A stretch of DNA of 61,775 nt, counting the filler. It is 3 parts of 3 records of this genome, joined end to end, with 100 filler letters (N's around TTAATTAATTAA, not from the genome) between each part and the next. Parts side by side here need not be neighbours in the genome. Positions count along the whole stretch, not along the records: positions 1 to 31,470 come from DRR378314_370; 2 more parts are not named here. One strand, 5' to 3'. The notes under the pieces were generated by a model. The model was not told the origin of the DNA. It searched no databases and saw only the letters and a list, made by a program, of their open reading frames with translations. Shown in pieces: positions 18,829 to 27,088 of the stretch. The number at the start of each line of letters is the position of its first letter. The stretch's first letter is position 1. Both the position numbers and the translations under genes were made by a program.

Positions 18829-20456
18829 TGGGTGTTTCCCTCTTTTTTGGGAGCCGGGGCGACAGGAGACGGGTACTGTGCCAAACGGCGGCGCAGCAGG
18901 GTCTCGCGGCTGGGGGCAGATTGTTTTGTGGAACGATCGCTTCGCGGAGCAGGCGTTGGCAGCGCTGTCCGGTCGAGCTTGTTGTTGGGGGTCAGCGGCA
19001 GCTTCGGCAGAGCAACGATATGGGCCGGAATCAGATGCTTCGGCAGCCGTGCCGCGAGATGATCGCGCAGCGCGCGCCGGTCCAGATCAGCCTGAGTGGT
19101 GACCACATAGGCTACCAGGCATTGCTCTCCCGCCGCCCCATCCGGATCGGGTTTCACGGCCACCGCGCTGGCGCTGACATCTGCATGCGCTGCCAAGGCG
19201 GCCTCGACTTCACCCGGTTCGATGCGAAAACCACGTAGCGACAACTGCGCATCCGCCCGCCCGATAAAATCCAACCCCGTGGCGCTGCACCGCACCAGAT
19301 CGCCACTGCGGTACAACCGCCCGCCTCCACCCGCAGGATCCGCGACAAAGCGACTGGCGGTCAGCCCCGCGCGGCGCAGGTAGCCACGCGAAACCTGAGC
19401 ACCGCCCAGATACAATTCCCCAACCGCATCCATCACCACCGGTTGCAGGTCGGCACCCAGAACATGCCCGTGAAACCCGGGCAACGGGTGGCCGATCGGG
19501 CTTTCGCCTGCCGCGCCGTGCTGATCCGGCTTCATGTCATAGGCTGTCACATGCACTGTGGTCTCAGTGATGCCGTACATATTGACCATCCGGGGCCACA
19601 TCGGGCGACGAACAAACCAGTCTCGCAGCCGCGCCGGTTCCAGGGCCTCGCCGCCAAAGATCACCAGCCTGAGGTCCGCCAAAGTGTGTTTGCCCTGCGC
19701 ATCGGCCTTGGCCAGCGCCGCAAAGGCGGTTGGGGTCTGGTTCAGAACCGTCACCGCTTCGCGTTCCATCAACTTCAGCAGATCCTCCGCCGACCAGGTG
19801 GCTTCCTGCGGTACGATCACCGCCTGCCCGCCGGTCAGCAACGGCGCCCAGATCTCCCAGACCGAAAAGTCAAACGCATAGGAATGAAACACCGTCCAGA
19901 CATCCTGCGCAGAGATGTCAAACTGCGGCACCGTCGCATCTAGCAGCCCCAGAAAGGCGCGATGGGACACCACGACCCCCTTGGGCTGCCCGGTGGAACC
20001 GGAGGTATAGATCACGTAGGCGGCACTATCGGGATGAATAACCGGCGCGACGGGTGAGGCATCATCCGTGCGGCTGACGCTGTCCGGCAGCAGGATCCGT
20101 GCCGCATCCTCGTGCCCCTGCGGCAGCTCAACCCCTGCAGTGGTAACGATACTGACAGGCGCGGCGTCCACGATTAGGTGAGCCAGCCGCGCCGCCGGGT
20201 AGGCGGGGTCCAGCGGCAGATAAGCTGCCCCGGTCTTTAGAACCGCCAAGAGTGCCACCACCAGATCGGCCGAGCGTGGCAGCGCCACTCCCACCAGGGT
20301 CTCCGGCCGCGCCCCTTGCGTCAGCAATCTTTGCGCCAGCTGCTCGGACCGCGCATCCAACTCCGCATATGTCAGCCGCTCGGCCCCGTCGCTGACTGCA
20401 CAGGACTCTGGCCGTCTGGCCACTTGCTGGCGGAATCTCTCCACAAGAGTTGTCAC
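18825..20456 (-). CDS. Stand-alone adenylation domain, predicted L-threonine
   Basis: YTSGSTGQPKG, FDFSVWE, VLNQTP, IFGGE, NMYGITETTVH, NNK give the code DFWNIGMVHK (canonical Thr). GTG start follows GGAGG. Confidence 0.9.
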   Translation of the reverse strand: MTTLVERFRQQVARRPESCAVSDGAERLTYAELDARSEQLAQRLLTQGARPETLVGVALPRSADLVVALLAVLKTGAAYLPLDPAYPAARLAHLIVDAAPVSIVTTAGVELPQGHEDAARILLPDSVSRTDDASPVAPVIHPDSAAYVIYTSGSTGQPKGVVVSHRAFLGLLDATVPQFDISAQDVWTVFHSYAFDFSVWEIWAPLLTGGQAVIVPQEATWSAEDLLKLMEREAVTVLNQTPTAFAALAKADAQGKHTLADLRLVIFGGEALEPARLRDWFVRRPMWPRMVNMYGITETTVHVTAYDMKPDQHGAAGESPIGHPLPGFHGHVLGADLQPVVMDAVGELYLGGAQVSRGYLRRAGLTASRFVADPAGGGGRLYRSGDLVRCSATGLDFIGRADAQLSLRGFRIEPGEVEAALAAHADVSASAVAVKPDPDGAAGEQCLVAYVVTTQADLDRRALRDHLAARLPKHLIPAHIVALPKLPLTPNNKLDRTALPTPAPRSDRSTKQSAPSRETLLRRRLAQYPSPVAPAPKKEGNTQ

Positions 20457-20618
20457 GTCATTGCCTCCACAAGGATACCGGCGGCCGATCGCGCCGGGCG
20501 TCAGGTTGCAGGAGATCCCCCCGGGCCCGCGCCAGTCACGGCGGGTCCGAACGGATCAGTTATTCTGGATGAAAAGCTGGCCTACTGCCGCAATGGGCTG
20601 GCGGGCAGAAGCGGCGCC

Positions 20619-22268
20619 TCAGGCCGGTTGCAGCGCGGCAATCTGTTCCAGCAATGCCTTGCGGTCGATCTTGCCAAAGCGGGTCAGAGGAATGCGCGCC
20701 ACCACCTCCAGCCTGTCCGGCAGCTTGTAAGCCGCCACTCCACGCGTGTTGAGATAGCTGCGCAGCACCCGCAAACTCGGCGCTTCGGAGGTGGCCGCGC
20801 AAATCACGACGCAGGTCGCCTGCCCAAGAGCCTCATCCGGCAGGCCGATCACCGCTACATCGCGTAACGCCGGGTGGTCTATCAGATGATCCTCAAGTTC
20901 CCCGGCCGAGAATTTCTCGCCGCCGCGATTGATCTGATCGCCGGCTCTTCCCTCGACCACCAGATGGCCAGACGGCAGGCGCCGCACCAGATCACCGCTG
21001 CGGAAAAAGCCATCAGCGGTGAAGGCCCGGGCGTTGACCTCGGCAGAGGCAGCATATTGACGGATGGTATAGGGGCCGCGGGCCCAGAGCTCTCCGACAG
21101 AACCCTCAGGCACTTCCTGCCCTGCCTCGTCAACGATGCGGATCTCGTCATCCGGCGAGGCGGGCCGACCCTGGCAAATCTCCACAAGCTCGGCCGGATC
21201 GGTCTGCCGGGTGAAATTCAAAAGCCCCTCTGCCATGCCAAAGACCTGCTGCACCCGGGCCCCCAGCAGCGCCGGAATCCGCGCCGCCACCGCTGGCGCC
21301 AGCTTCGCACCGCCCACCTGCACCACTTCTAGGCTCGACAGGTCGCGGTCATCAAATTCCCGCGCCTCCAACCATAGTGCAATCAGCGTCGGCACCGCCG
21401 CCGTAATCGTCACCCGATGTTCGGCAATCAACCCAAACACTGCGCCTGGGCTTGGATCGCGGGCCAGCACCACGGTGCCACCGGCGCTCAATGTGCCCAG
21501 GATACCGGGACAGGCCAACGGGAAATTGTGCTCCGCGGCGAGACAGGCCAGATAGACGGTCTTGGTCGAAAGACCGCAAACCTCCGCCGCCACCCGCGCA
21601 TTATAAGAATAATCATCGTGACTGCGCGGAATCAGCTTCGGAAGACCGCTGGTGCCACCCGAATGCAGATAAAGCGCCACCGTTCCCGTGTCGATCAGGC
21701 CAAACTCTGCGGTCTCCCCGGCACCGGACATAAACCTTTCGTAATCAACAGCCCCCTCCAGGTCACCGGTCTCGCCGACCACCAGGATCTTTTCGAGCGC
21801 AGGCAACTCTGCACGTGCCTGCCGCGCGAGATCGCGGAAATCGAAACTGGCGATCCGATCAGGAATGGCATAAGCCACCGCCCCGGACCCCCGTGCCAGA
21901 TGCAGAACCTCACGGGCACGATGCGTCGGCAGCACCATCACGGGCACCACCCCGGCCCGGATGCAGCCGAAAAACAGCGTCATCAGCTCCAGACAGTTGG
22001 GCAGTTGCAGGATTATCCGGTCCCCGGCCTCCAACCCCCAATTCAACAGTGCTGCCGCGGCACGTTCAGCTTCAGCGTCCAGTTCGGCATAGCTTAGCCG
22101 CCGCCCCTCGCTGTCGATCAGTGCGCAGGCTTCCGGGGCCTCGCGGGCAAAACGGCGCAGCGGTTCGGATAGGTCTTCACCGCGCCAATAGCCCTTTTCG
22201 CGATAGCGGGCGGCAAAGTCTTCGGGCCAGAGCGGCCGCGAAAGCGCCGGTGTCTGCTGCGGGTCCAT
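20619..22268 (-). CDS. Salicylate-AMP ligase (MbtA/YbtE/PchD-like aryl acid adenylation enzyme)
   Basis: SGGTSGLPKLIPR, HNFPLACPG (Cys at the DhbE-S240 position indicates salicylate type), QQVFGMAEGLLN, GPYTI, INRGGEK. ATG at 22268 follows AAAGGA. Confidence 0.9.
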   Translation of the reverse strand: MDPQQTPALSRPLWPEDFAARYREKGYWRGEDLSEPLRRFAREAPEACALIDSEGRRLSYAELDAEAERAAAALLNWGLEAGDRIILQLPNCLELMTLFFGCIRAGVVPVMVLPTHRAREVLHLARGSGAVAYAIPDRIASFDFRDLARQARAELPALEKILVVGETGDLEGAVDYERFMSGAGETAEFGLIDTGTVALYLHSGGTSGLPKLIPRSHDDYSYNARVAAEVCGLSTKTVYLACLAAEHNFPLACPGILGTLSAGGTVVLARDPSPGAVFGLIAEHRVTITAAVPTLIALWLEAREFDDRDLSSLEVVQVGGAKLAPAVAARIPALLGARVQQVFGMAEGLLNFTRQTDPAELVEICQGRPASPDDEIRIVDEAGQEVPEGSVGELWARGPYTIRQYAASAEVNARAFTADGFFRSGDLVRRLPSGHLVVEGRAGDQINRGGEKFSAGELEDHLIDHPALRDVAVIGLPDEALGQATCVVICAATSEAPSLRVLRSYLNTRGVAAYKLPDRLEVVARIPLTRFGKIDRKALLEQIAALQPA

Positions 22269-22269
22269 A

Positions 22270-23130
22270 TCAGGTCCTTTCCTGAAGAGAGGCTTCGGTA
22301 CAAGTTGCAAGAAATGACAACAGCTGGGCGTTCACCGCCTTCGGCTGTTCGAGATAGCCATAGTGTCCGGCATCGGCGATTCCGCGATATATGGCACCGG
22401 GGATCACTTCGGCCACCTCACGGCTCAGGCGCGGGGTTATGGCGGCATCATCGGCAAAGGTCAGCGCCAGATAGGGCCGCGTTACCCCGCGATAGGCATC
22501 GCGACGGTCCCCGAGGTTTGCCGACACCATAAGCTGCGCCCGATGCCCCGGACTGAACGGACCTTCATCAAGCGACAACATGTCGATCCAGTCCTGCGCC
22601 CGCTGGTCATCCGCCAGCGTCGCCGGCGACAGATACTGAAGCGCATTCACCGCTGCCCGATAGGAGATTGGCGCCGGTTCACGCCTATCCGCCATCGCGA
22701 TCTCTCCCTTGATCATGGCCCGCTGGACCGGGTCAAGCCGCGCGTGCGCCGCCAGCGCGATCACGCAACGGACCAGATCAGGCCGCGTCAACGCCACCTC
22801 GGTAACGATGCGCGCGCCCAGTGACGTGCCGATCAGCGCCACCGGCTCGGTACCGAGATGGCGGATCATGGCCACTACGTCGCCGGCCATATCGTCGATG
22901 GTAAATCCCTGCACATCGGTATCGCTCGGAGCGATACCGCGATTGGTCAGGGTCACCACCCGGTAGCCCGCCGCCGTCAGCGCCGGAACCTGATGGAAAT
23001 TCCAGACGCGGCCCGGGCTGCCGGTCCCCATCACCATCACCACCGTCTCGCCAAGAGCAGGGCCGGTCGACGGGAAGTCCTCATAGGCCAGTTGCAGCCC
23101 GTCGTGGCTGAAATACTGCACCGCCATCAT
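22270..23130 (-). CDS. Alpha/beta-hydrolase (siderophore-cluster associated; possible thioesterase or editing enzyme)
   Basis: GTSLG nucleophile elbow, GTGSPGRVW..HQVPAL, DAGHYGYLEQP; translationally coupled to its neighbours. Confidence 0.85.
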   Translation of the reverse strand: MMAVQYFSHDGLQLAYEDFPSTGPALGETVVMVMGTGSPGRVWNFHQVPALTAAGYRVVTLTNRGIAPSDTDVQGFTIDDMAGDVVAMIRHLGTEPVALIGTSLGARIVTEVALTRPDLVRCVIALAAHARLDPVQRAMIKGEIAMADRREPAPISYRAAVNALQYLSPATLADDQRAQDWIDMLSLDEGPFSPGHRAQLMVSANLGDRRDAYRGVTRPYLALTFADDAAITPRLSREVAEVIPGAIYRGIADAGHYGYLEQPKAVNAQLLSFLATCTEASLQERT

Positions 23131-24527
23131 CCCGCCTCCGCCGCGGCGCCCTGCGGCACCAGATGCAGACTAGCACTGCGCAGTTTCTCGTTGGTTTCCT
23201 CCAGCTCCCGCACCGCGTCTGAAGTGGCGATCAACCCTGCCCCCGCCCGCAGCCAGGTCTGATGGCCGCAGGCAAAGACAGAGCGGATCACCAGGGCTGC
23301 GTCCAGCGCGCCGCCCAGGGTTCCGGTCAGCACCGCCCCGCTGTAAAGCCCGCGCGCAGAGACCTCTCGCGCTTGGATCTCCTCCACCGCACGGCGCTTG
23401 GGAATACCGGAAGTGGTGACCGGCGGGAACAAGCTGGCAAAGGCATCCCAGGCGCTCTTGCCTGGCGCCAGCTGCCCTTCGACCGTGGACGCAATATGCT
23501 GCACGCTGCCGCGCTCCACCACCTGCAGGAAATCACGGATCGCGACGCTCTCAGGCCTGCAGACCCGGGTTATCTCGGTCTGCGCGAGTTCCACCGAAAG
23601 CGTGTGTTCGTAGATTTCCTTCGGATCGGATAACAGTTCCGCCCGGAGCGCTGCACGATCCTGCCGGGTCGCGCCAATCGCCCGCGTCCCAGCCAGCGGC
23701 TGGCTGCGCACCCGGCCCGCCTCTGTGACCTCGACGATCGCACCGGGGCTGACACCGGCAGCGGTTTGCCCCGCCATATGCAATAGAAACGACCGCGCCG
23801 GGGTATTTGCCTGCCGCAGCGCCCGGTAAGATTCAACCATATCCAATGGCACCGTCACCGGTACCGGCCGCGACAGGATCAGCTTGCGAAAGCCGCTGCC
23901 GTCGATCTCACGGATCGCCTCGGCGGCGGCGACTTCATAGGCTTTCGCCCCTTGCGTCAGATCCACTGCCGCACGAGCCTGAGGCACCGCCGCCATGGGC
24001 CCCGCCAGCAAACGCCGCCAGATTTCCGACAGCGTCGCATCTGCCACTTGCAGATCGGCCGTGCCAGATCGCAGTATGACCTCGTGCGCCGGACGCATCA
24101 GATGCAGCAGCGGTGCCTGCGCGTCGGCCACCGGCTCCCCCTGCAACAATGCGGCCAGCTCAAACGCCGCCCAGCCGTAAAACCGTGCCTCCGGCGCACC
24201 GCCCAATTGCGCCAGCGCCTGCTGCACCGCCGCCAGGGGATTTTGCCCAAGCGACAAATGCTGCCGCCCCGCGGCCGCGTCCAGCGTGATCCCGCTTGCA
24301 GTCAGCGTCAGGCTCGCAGCCGATCCGGCGGCAAAATGAACCGCGTCCCCGATCTCATAGAGCATATAGTCCGCGCGCGCGCCCAAATACCGCCGGACCT
24401 CGTCCCGCGCCAGGGTCGCAGCCAGCGCTGCTGCGGCTGTGACCGGATCTCCAAGCACGGGCGCCTGACACTGCATAGCGGCTTTCACAGGCTCTGACTG
24501 CATCAGCATCACATCTCTATCCTTCAT
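23127..24527 (-). CDS. Salicylate synthase homolog (MbtI/Irp9-like) with SPE to SPG substitution
   Basis: KLILSR, NTPARSFL, QPLAGTR, DPKEIYEH, RGSVQH, VTTSGIPK, RGLYSG, LRAGAG, RELEETNEK. The start could be 24527, 24509 or 24503. Confidence 0.88.
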   Translation of the reverse strand: MKDRDVMLMQSEPVKAAMQCQAPVLGDPVTAAAALAATLARDEVRRYLGARADYMLYEIGDAVHFAAGSAASLTLTASGITLDAAAGRQHLSLGQNPLAAVQQALAQLGGAPEARFYGWAAFELAALLQGEPVADAQAPLLHLMRPAHEVILRSGTADLQVADATLSEIWRRLLAGPMAAVPQARAAVDLTQGAKAYEVAAAEAIREIDGSGFRKLILSRPVPVTVPLDMVESYRALRQANTPARSFLLHMAGQTAAGVSPGAIVEVTEAGRVRSQPLAGTRAIGATRQDRAALRAELLSDPKEIYEHTLSVELAQTEITRVCRPESVAIRDFLQVVERGSVQHIASTVEGQLAPGKSAWDAFASLFPPVTTSGIPKRRAVEEIQAREVSARGLYSGAVLTGTLGGALDAALVIRSVFACGHQTWLRAGAGLIATSDAVRELEETNEKLRSASLHLVPQGAAAEAG

Positions 24528-24546
24528 ACCGTCCCTCAACCGGCGC

Positions 24547-24774
24547 TCATGCGCCCGCACGCATTTGCTCGCGCAACGTCCTTGGACGCATGTCGGTCCA
24601 GGTCTCGTCGATCCAATCAAGCACCGCCTGCCGCGGCGCCCCATCCGGCCCGCCAAAGGCGATCCGCCACCCCTCGGGCACCGCATGGAACACCGGCCAA
24701 AGAGAATATTGCTCTTCATCGTTGACAAGAGCGAAGAACGCCGCGTCCTCGGCATCAAACGGGTTGCTGCTCAT
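24547..24774 (-). CDS. mbtH: MbtH-like protein
   Basis: NPFD, LVNDEEQYSLWP, VPEGW, WTDMRP, with all three conserved Trp residues. Confidence 0.97.
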   Translation of the reverse strand: MSSNPFDAEDAAFFALVNDEEQYSLWPVFHAVPEGWRIAFGGPDGAPRQAVLDWIDETWTDMRPRTLREQMRAGA

Positions 24775-24810
24775 GAGAAAACTCCTTCGTATTTTTCTGG
24801 GGCCAGGGCA

Positions 24811-26166
24811 TCAGGCTGGCACTGGGCTGGCCTGATCCGCCAACGCGCTGCGCAGGATATCGCTGGCCCGGACGGCAACATTCGACAACAGCGAGGAAGT
24901 CATCCCATGGCTATGTTCAACACCACCGTTGAGGTAGATCCGGCGTTCCAGACCCGGCAATTCCAGGCTGTAATCCCGCGCGACGCGGGGCAGATCACCG
25001 TCATAAGCTGCTGACACGTCCAATGTGGCACCCAGCATTTCGCGCAGGTCGAAGGGGGCAAACCCGGTGGCATAGATCACCGCATCGACCTCCAGATCGA
25101 CCTGATGGCGATCGCCCAGATCGCGCAGCGTTACCGATACCCCATCCGTGCCCACCTGCTCTCGGGCCACTTCGGTCACCCGATGGACGTAAAGCCTGCG
25201 CCGCCCGGTGATCTTCTCGTCATACTCGCGCCGATACAGCGCCTCGATCAATTCGCCGTCCACGGCAGAATAGTTGGTCGCCAGATGGGTCTCGCGCAAC
25301 CGGGTCTTCAAGGGCTGCGGCGCGGTATAAAAGTCATCCACCGAAGCAGGATCGAAAATCCGATTGGCATAGGGAGTATCATCCGAAGGCGAATAGCCAA
25401 ACCGCCGGAATGACGCATGCACCTCGGCCTCCGGGTAACTGTCGTGCAGGTATGCGGCAACCTCCGCCGCACTTTGCCCCGATCCAACCACCAGAAACCT
25501 CCCCTTTGGCCGCGACGGCAGCGCTGTGAGCTGGTCCAACAGCTGATGATTATGGAACACCCGCGGGCCCGGACTCACGCCCCGCGGCAACACCGGCCGA
25601 ATGCCCGCTCCCACCACCAGCCGCTGCGCGCGGATGGTATCTTGGGTCACCAGCGTGCCCGTCCGGTGTTCGGTTGTGATCTCGAAACCGCCGCCGCGCC
25701 ACTCGATTCGCATCGCGCGCGTCCCGTAGGAAACCGGCAGCTGCACCTGTGCCGCGGCCCAGTTCAGATAGTCATGAAACTCCCGCCGGGTGGGAAAGAA
25801 GGTCTTCATATTGATGAAATCCGCCAATCGGTTCCGGGCGTGCAAATAGCTGAGGAACGAATAGCGGCTGGTCGGACTACGCAGCGACACCAGATCCTTG
25901 AGGAAACTGATCTGCATGGTGGTCTCCGGCAGCAACATGCCGTCATGCCAGCCGAACTGCGGCTTTGCCTCGACAAAGGCAGCGCTGGGAACCGCACGAT
26001 CCGGGCTTGCCGCGCGCGCTTCCTCCAGCGCGATCGCCAGCGCCAGGTTGGACGGGCCGAAACCGATCCCCAGAAGGTCCACCTCCTGTCCCGCGGCCCT
26101 CTGCGCCCGAACCGCAGAGCCTGCATGGGTACTATGCGGCTGGTCGATCACTTTTTCTGTCAGCAT
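24811..26166 (-). CDS. L-ornithine/lysine N-monooxygenase (PvdA/IucD family)
   Basis: GIGFGPSNL (FAD), WHDGML, MQISFLKDL, VGSGQSAAE (NADPH), TNYS, ATGF, SSLLS. ATG at 26166 follows AGGA. Confidence 0.93.
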   Translation of the reverse strand: MLTEKVIDQPHSTHAGSAVRAQRAAGQEVDLLGIGFGPSNLALAIALEEARAASPDRAVPSAAFVEAKPQFGWHDGMLLPETTMQISFLKDLVSLRSPTSRYSFLSYLHARNRLADFINMKTFFPTRREFHDYLNWAAAQVQLPVSYGTRAMRIEWRGGGFEITTEHRTGTLVTQDTIRAQRLVVGAGIRPVLPRGVSPGPRVFHNHQLLDQLTALPSRPKGRFLVVGSGQSAAEVAAYLHDSYPEAEVHASFRRFGYSPSDDTPYANRIFDPASVDDFYTAPQPLKTRLRETHLATNYSAVDGELIEALYRREYDEKITGRRRLYVHRVTEVAREQVGTDGVSVTLRDLGDRHQVDLEVDAVIYATGFAPFDLREMLGATLDVSAAYDGDLPRVARDYSLELPGLERRIYLNGGVEHSHGMTSSLLSNVAVRASDILRSALADQASPVPA

Positions 26167-26450
26167 ACAATCCTGCCTTCGCTGTCTGTTGCGCCTAATC
26201 CGCCGCAGCCCTTTCCTTTGGCAGCAGGCGCAGGGGCTCGGGCCAAGGCAGCGCGTCCCGCGCAAGCCTTGGTCTGGAGCCGATGTCATCAGAGAATTGC
26301 CCTGCGCCTTTTGACCGGATCTTACCGGTACGAACAGCGCCTCCTCGAGGTGCCGAATAGGTTGCAGCAGCAGCTGTTTTTCGAACCCTATGCAATCGGG
26401 ACGAGTCTGTCCAGATAGCAAAAAGAAAAACACTCAGAAATTTACGCCTC

Positions 26451-26490
26451 AAATGAGAACCATTGTAACATATTGTTTTATATTAATTAT
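26451..26490. promoter_or_regulatory. AT-rich promoter segment with a Fur-box-like sequence
   Basis: AAATGAGAACCATTGTAAC resembles the AATGAGAATCATT Fur-box core; it lies in an AT-rich patch upstream of the biosynthetic operon. Confidence 0.35.
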
Positions 26491-26508
26491 TTACCAACAG
26501 CGCAGAAG

Positions 26509-26532
26509 GGATCGGCACCAAACGTCCGATCC
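26509..26532 (-). promoter_or_regulatory. Candidate operator 2 (inverted repeat) upstream of the biosynthetic operon
   Basis: GGATCGG-N10-CCGATCC has perfect 7-bp arms; the minus strand contains GGACG-TTT-GGTG-CC. Confidence 0.4.
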
Positions 26533-27022
26533 ACGTGTCACCTAAGTAAGAAATTGCCTATCTGTGCCCTGCAAAGGCAAACCTTTGCCGAGGCGCTGCG
26601 CAGGGCGCGACGCAAACGGTCGGATGAGAACGTTTGAAAGCTATTTTCGATAGCTGGCCAAGGAAGCTTTCCACCACCTCGCCTCAATCAGCGTGAGGTT
26701 TGTGCGAGCTGCTGCATAAGTGAGCGACTGGTTTCGCCATACCCCAGAAGCAAGAGCATTTGTGACCCGAATCGGCCTTTGGCCTCATGCCATGTTCCCC
26801 ATCCCACCCGGCAAAACATCGCTAAGCACGGTTTAACGAGCCAAGCCAAACGCCGGAGCAGATATTGCAATCCAGGCGTGATCTCCATGGGCAGGACATG
26901 CGGCACTGGGCCGGTGGTGGGCGCGGCTGAGACGCCTCATGCGCCGGGTATCGGCCCTTTGCGCCTCACTCAATAATGCCCACTGACGGAGCGCCCTCAA
27001 ATTCTGAGTAAAATAATATACA

Positions 27023-27050
27023 ATTAACTGGACGAATAGTTCCCGTTAAT
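27023..27050 (+). promoter_or_regulatory. Candidate operator 3 (28-bp imperfect palindrome) upstream of the TonB-dependent receptor
   Basis: ATTAACtGGAcgaATagtTCCcGTTAAT ends 38 bp upstream of the ATG and contains GGACG-AAT-AGTT-CC. Confidence 0.55.
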
Positions 27051-27088
27051 GTACCAGAGTTGCGAATTAAGCCGAGTGGAGAAGATAT

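Noticed and set aside
20453-20461. Mini-ORF ATG-ACG-TGA overlapping the Thr A-domain start
   Set aside because: The GGAGG spacing fits the GTG start (7 nt) rather than the ATG (2 nt), and nothing else supports a regulatory role.
26195-26452. 85-aa ORF upstream of the monooxygenase
   Set aside because: It has a TTG start inside AT-rich promoter DNA, with no RBS and no motif.
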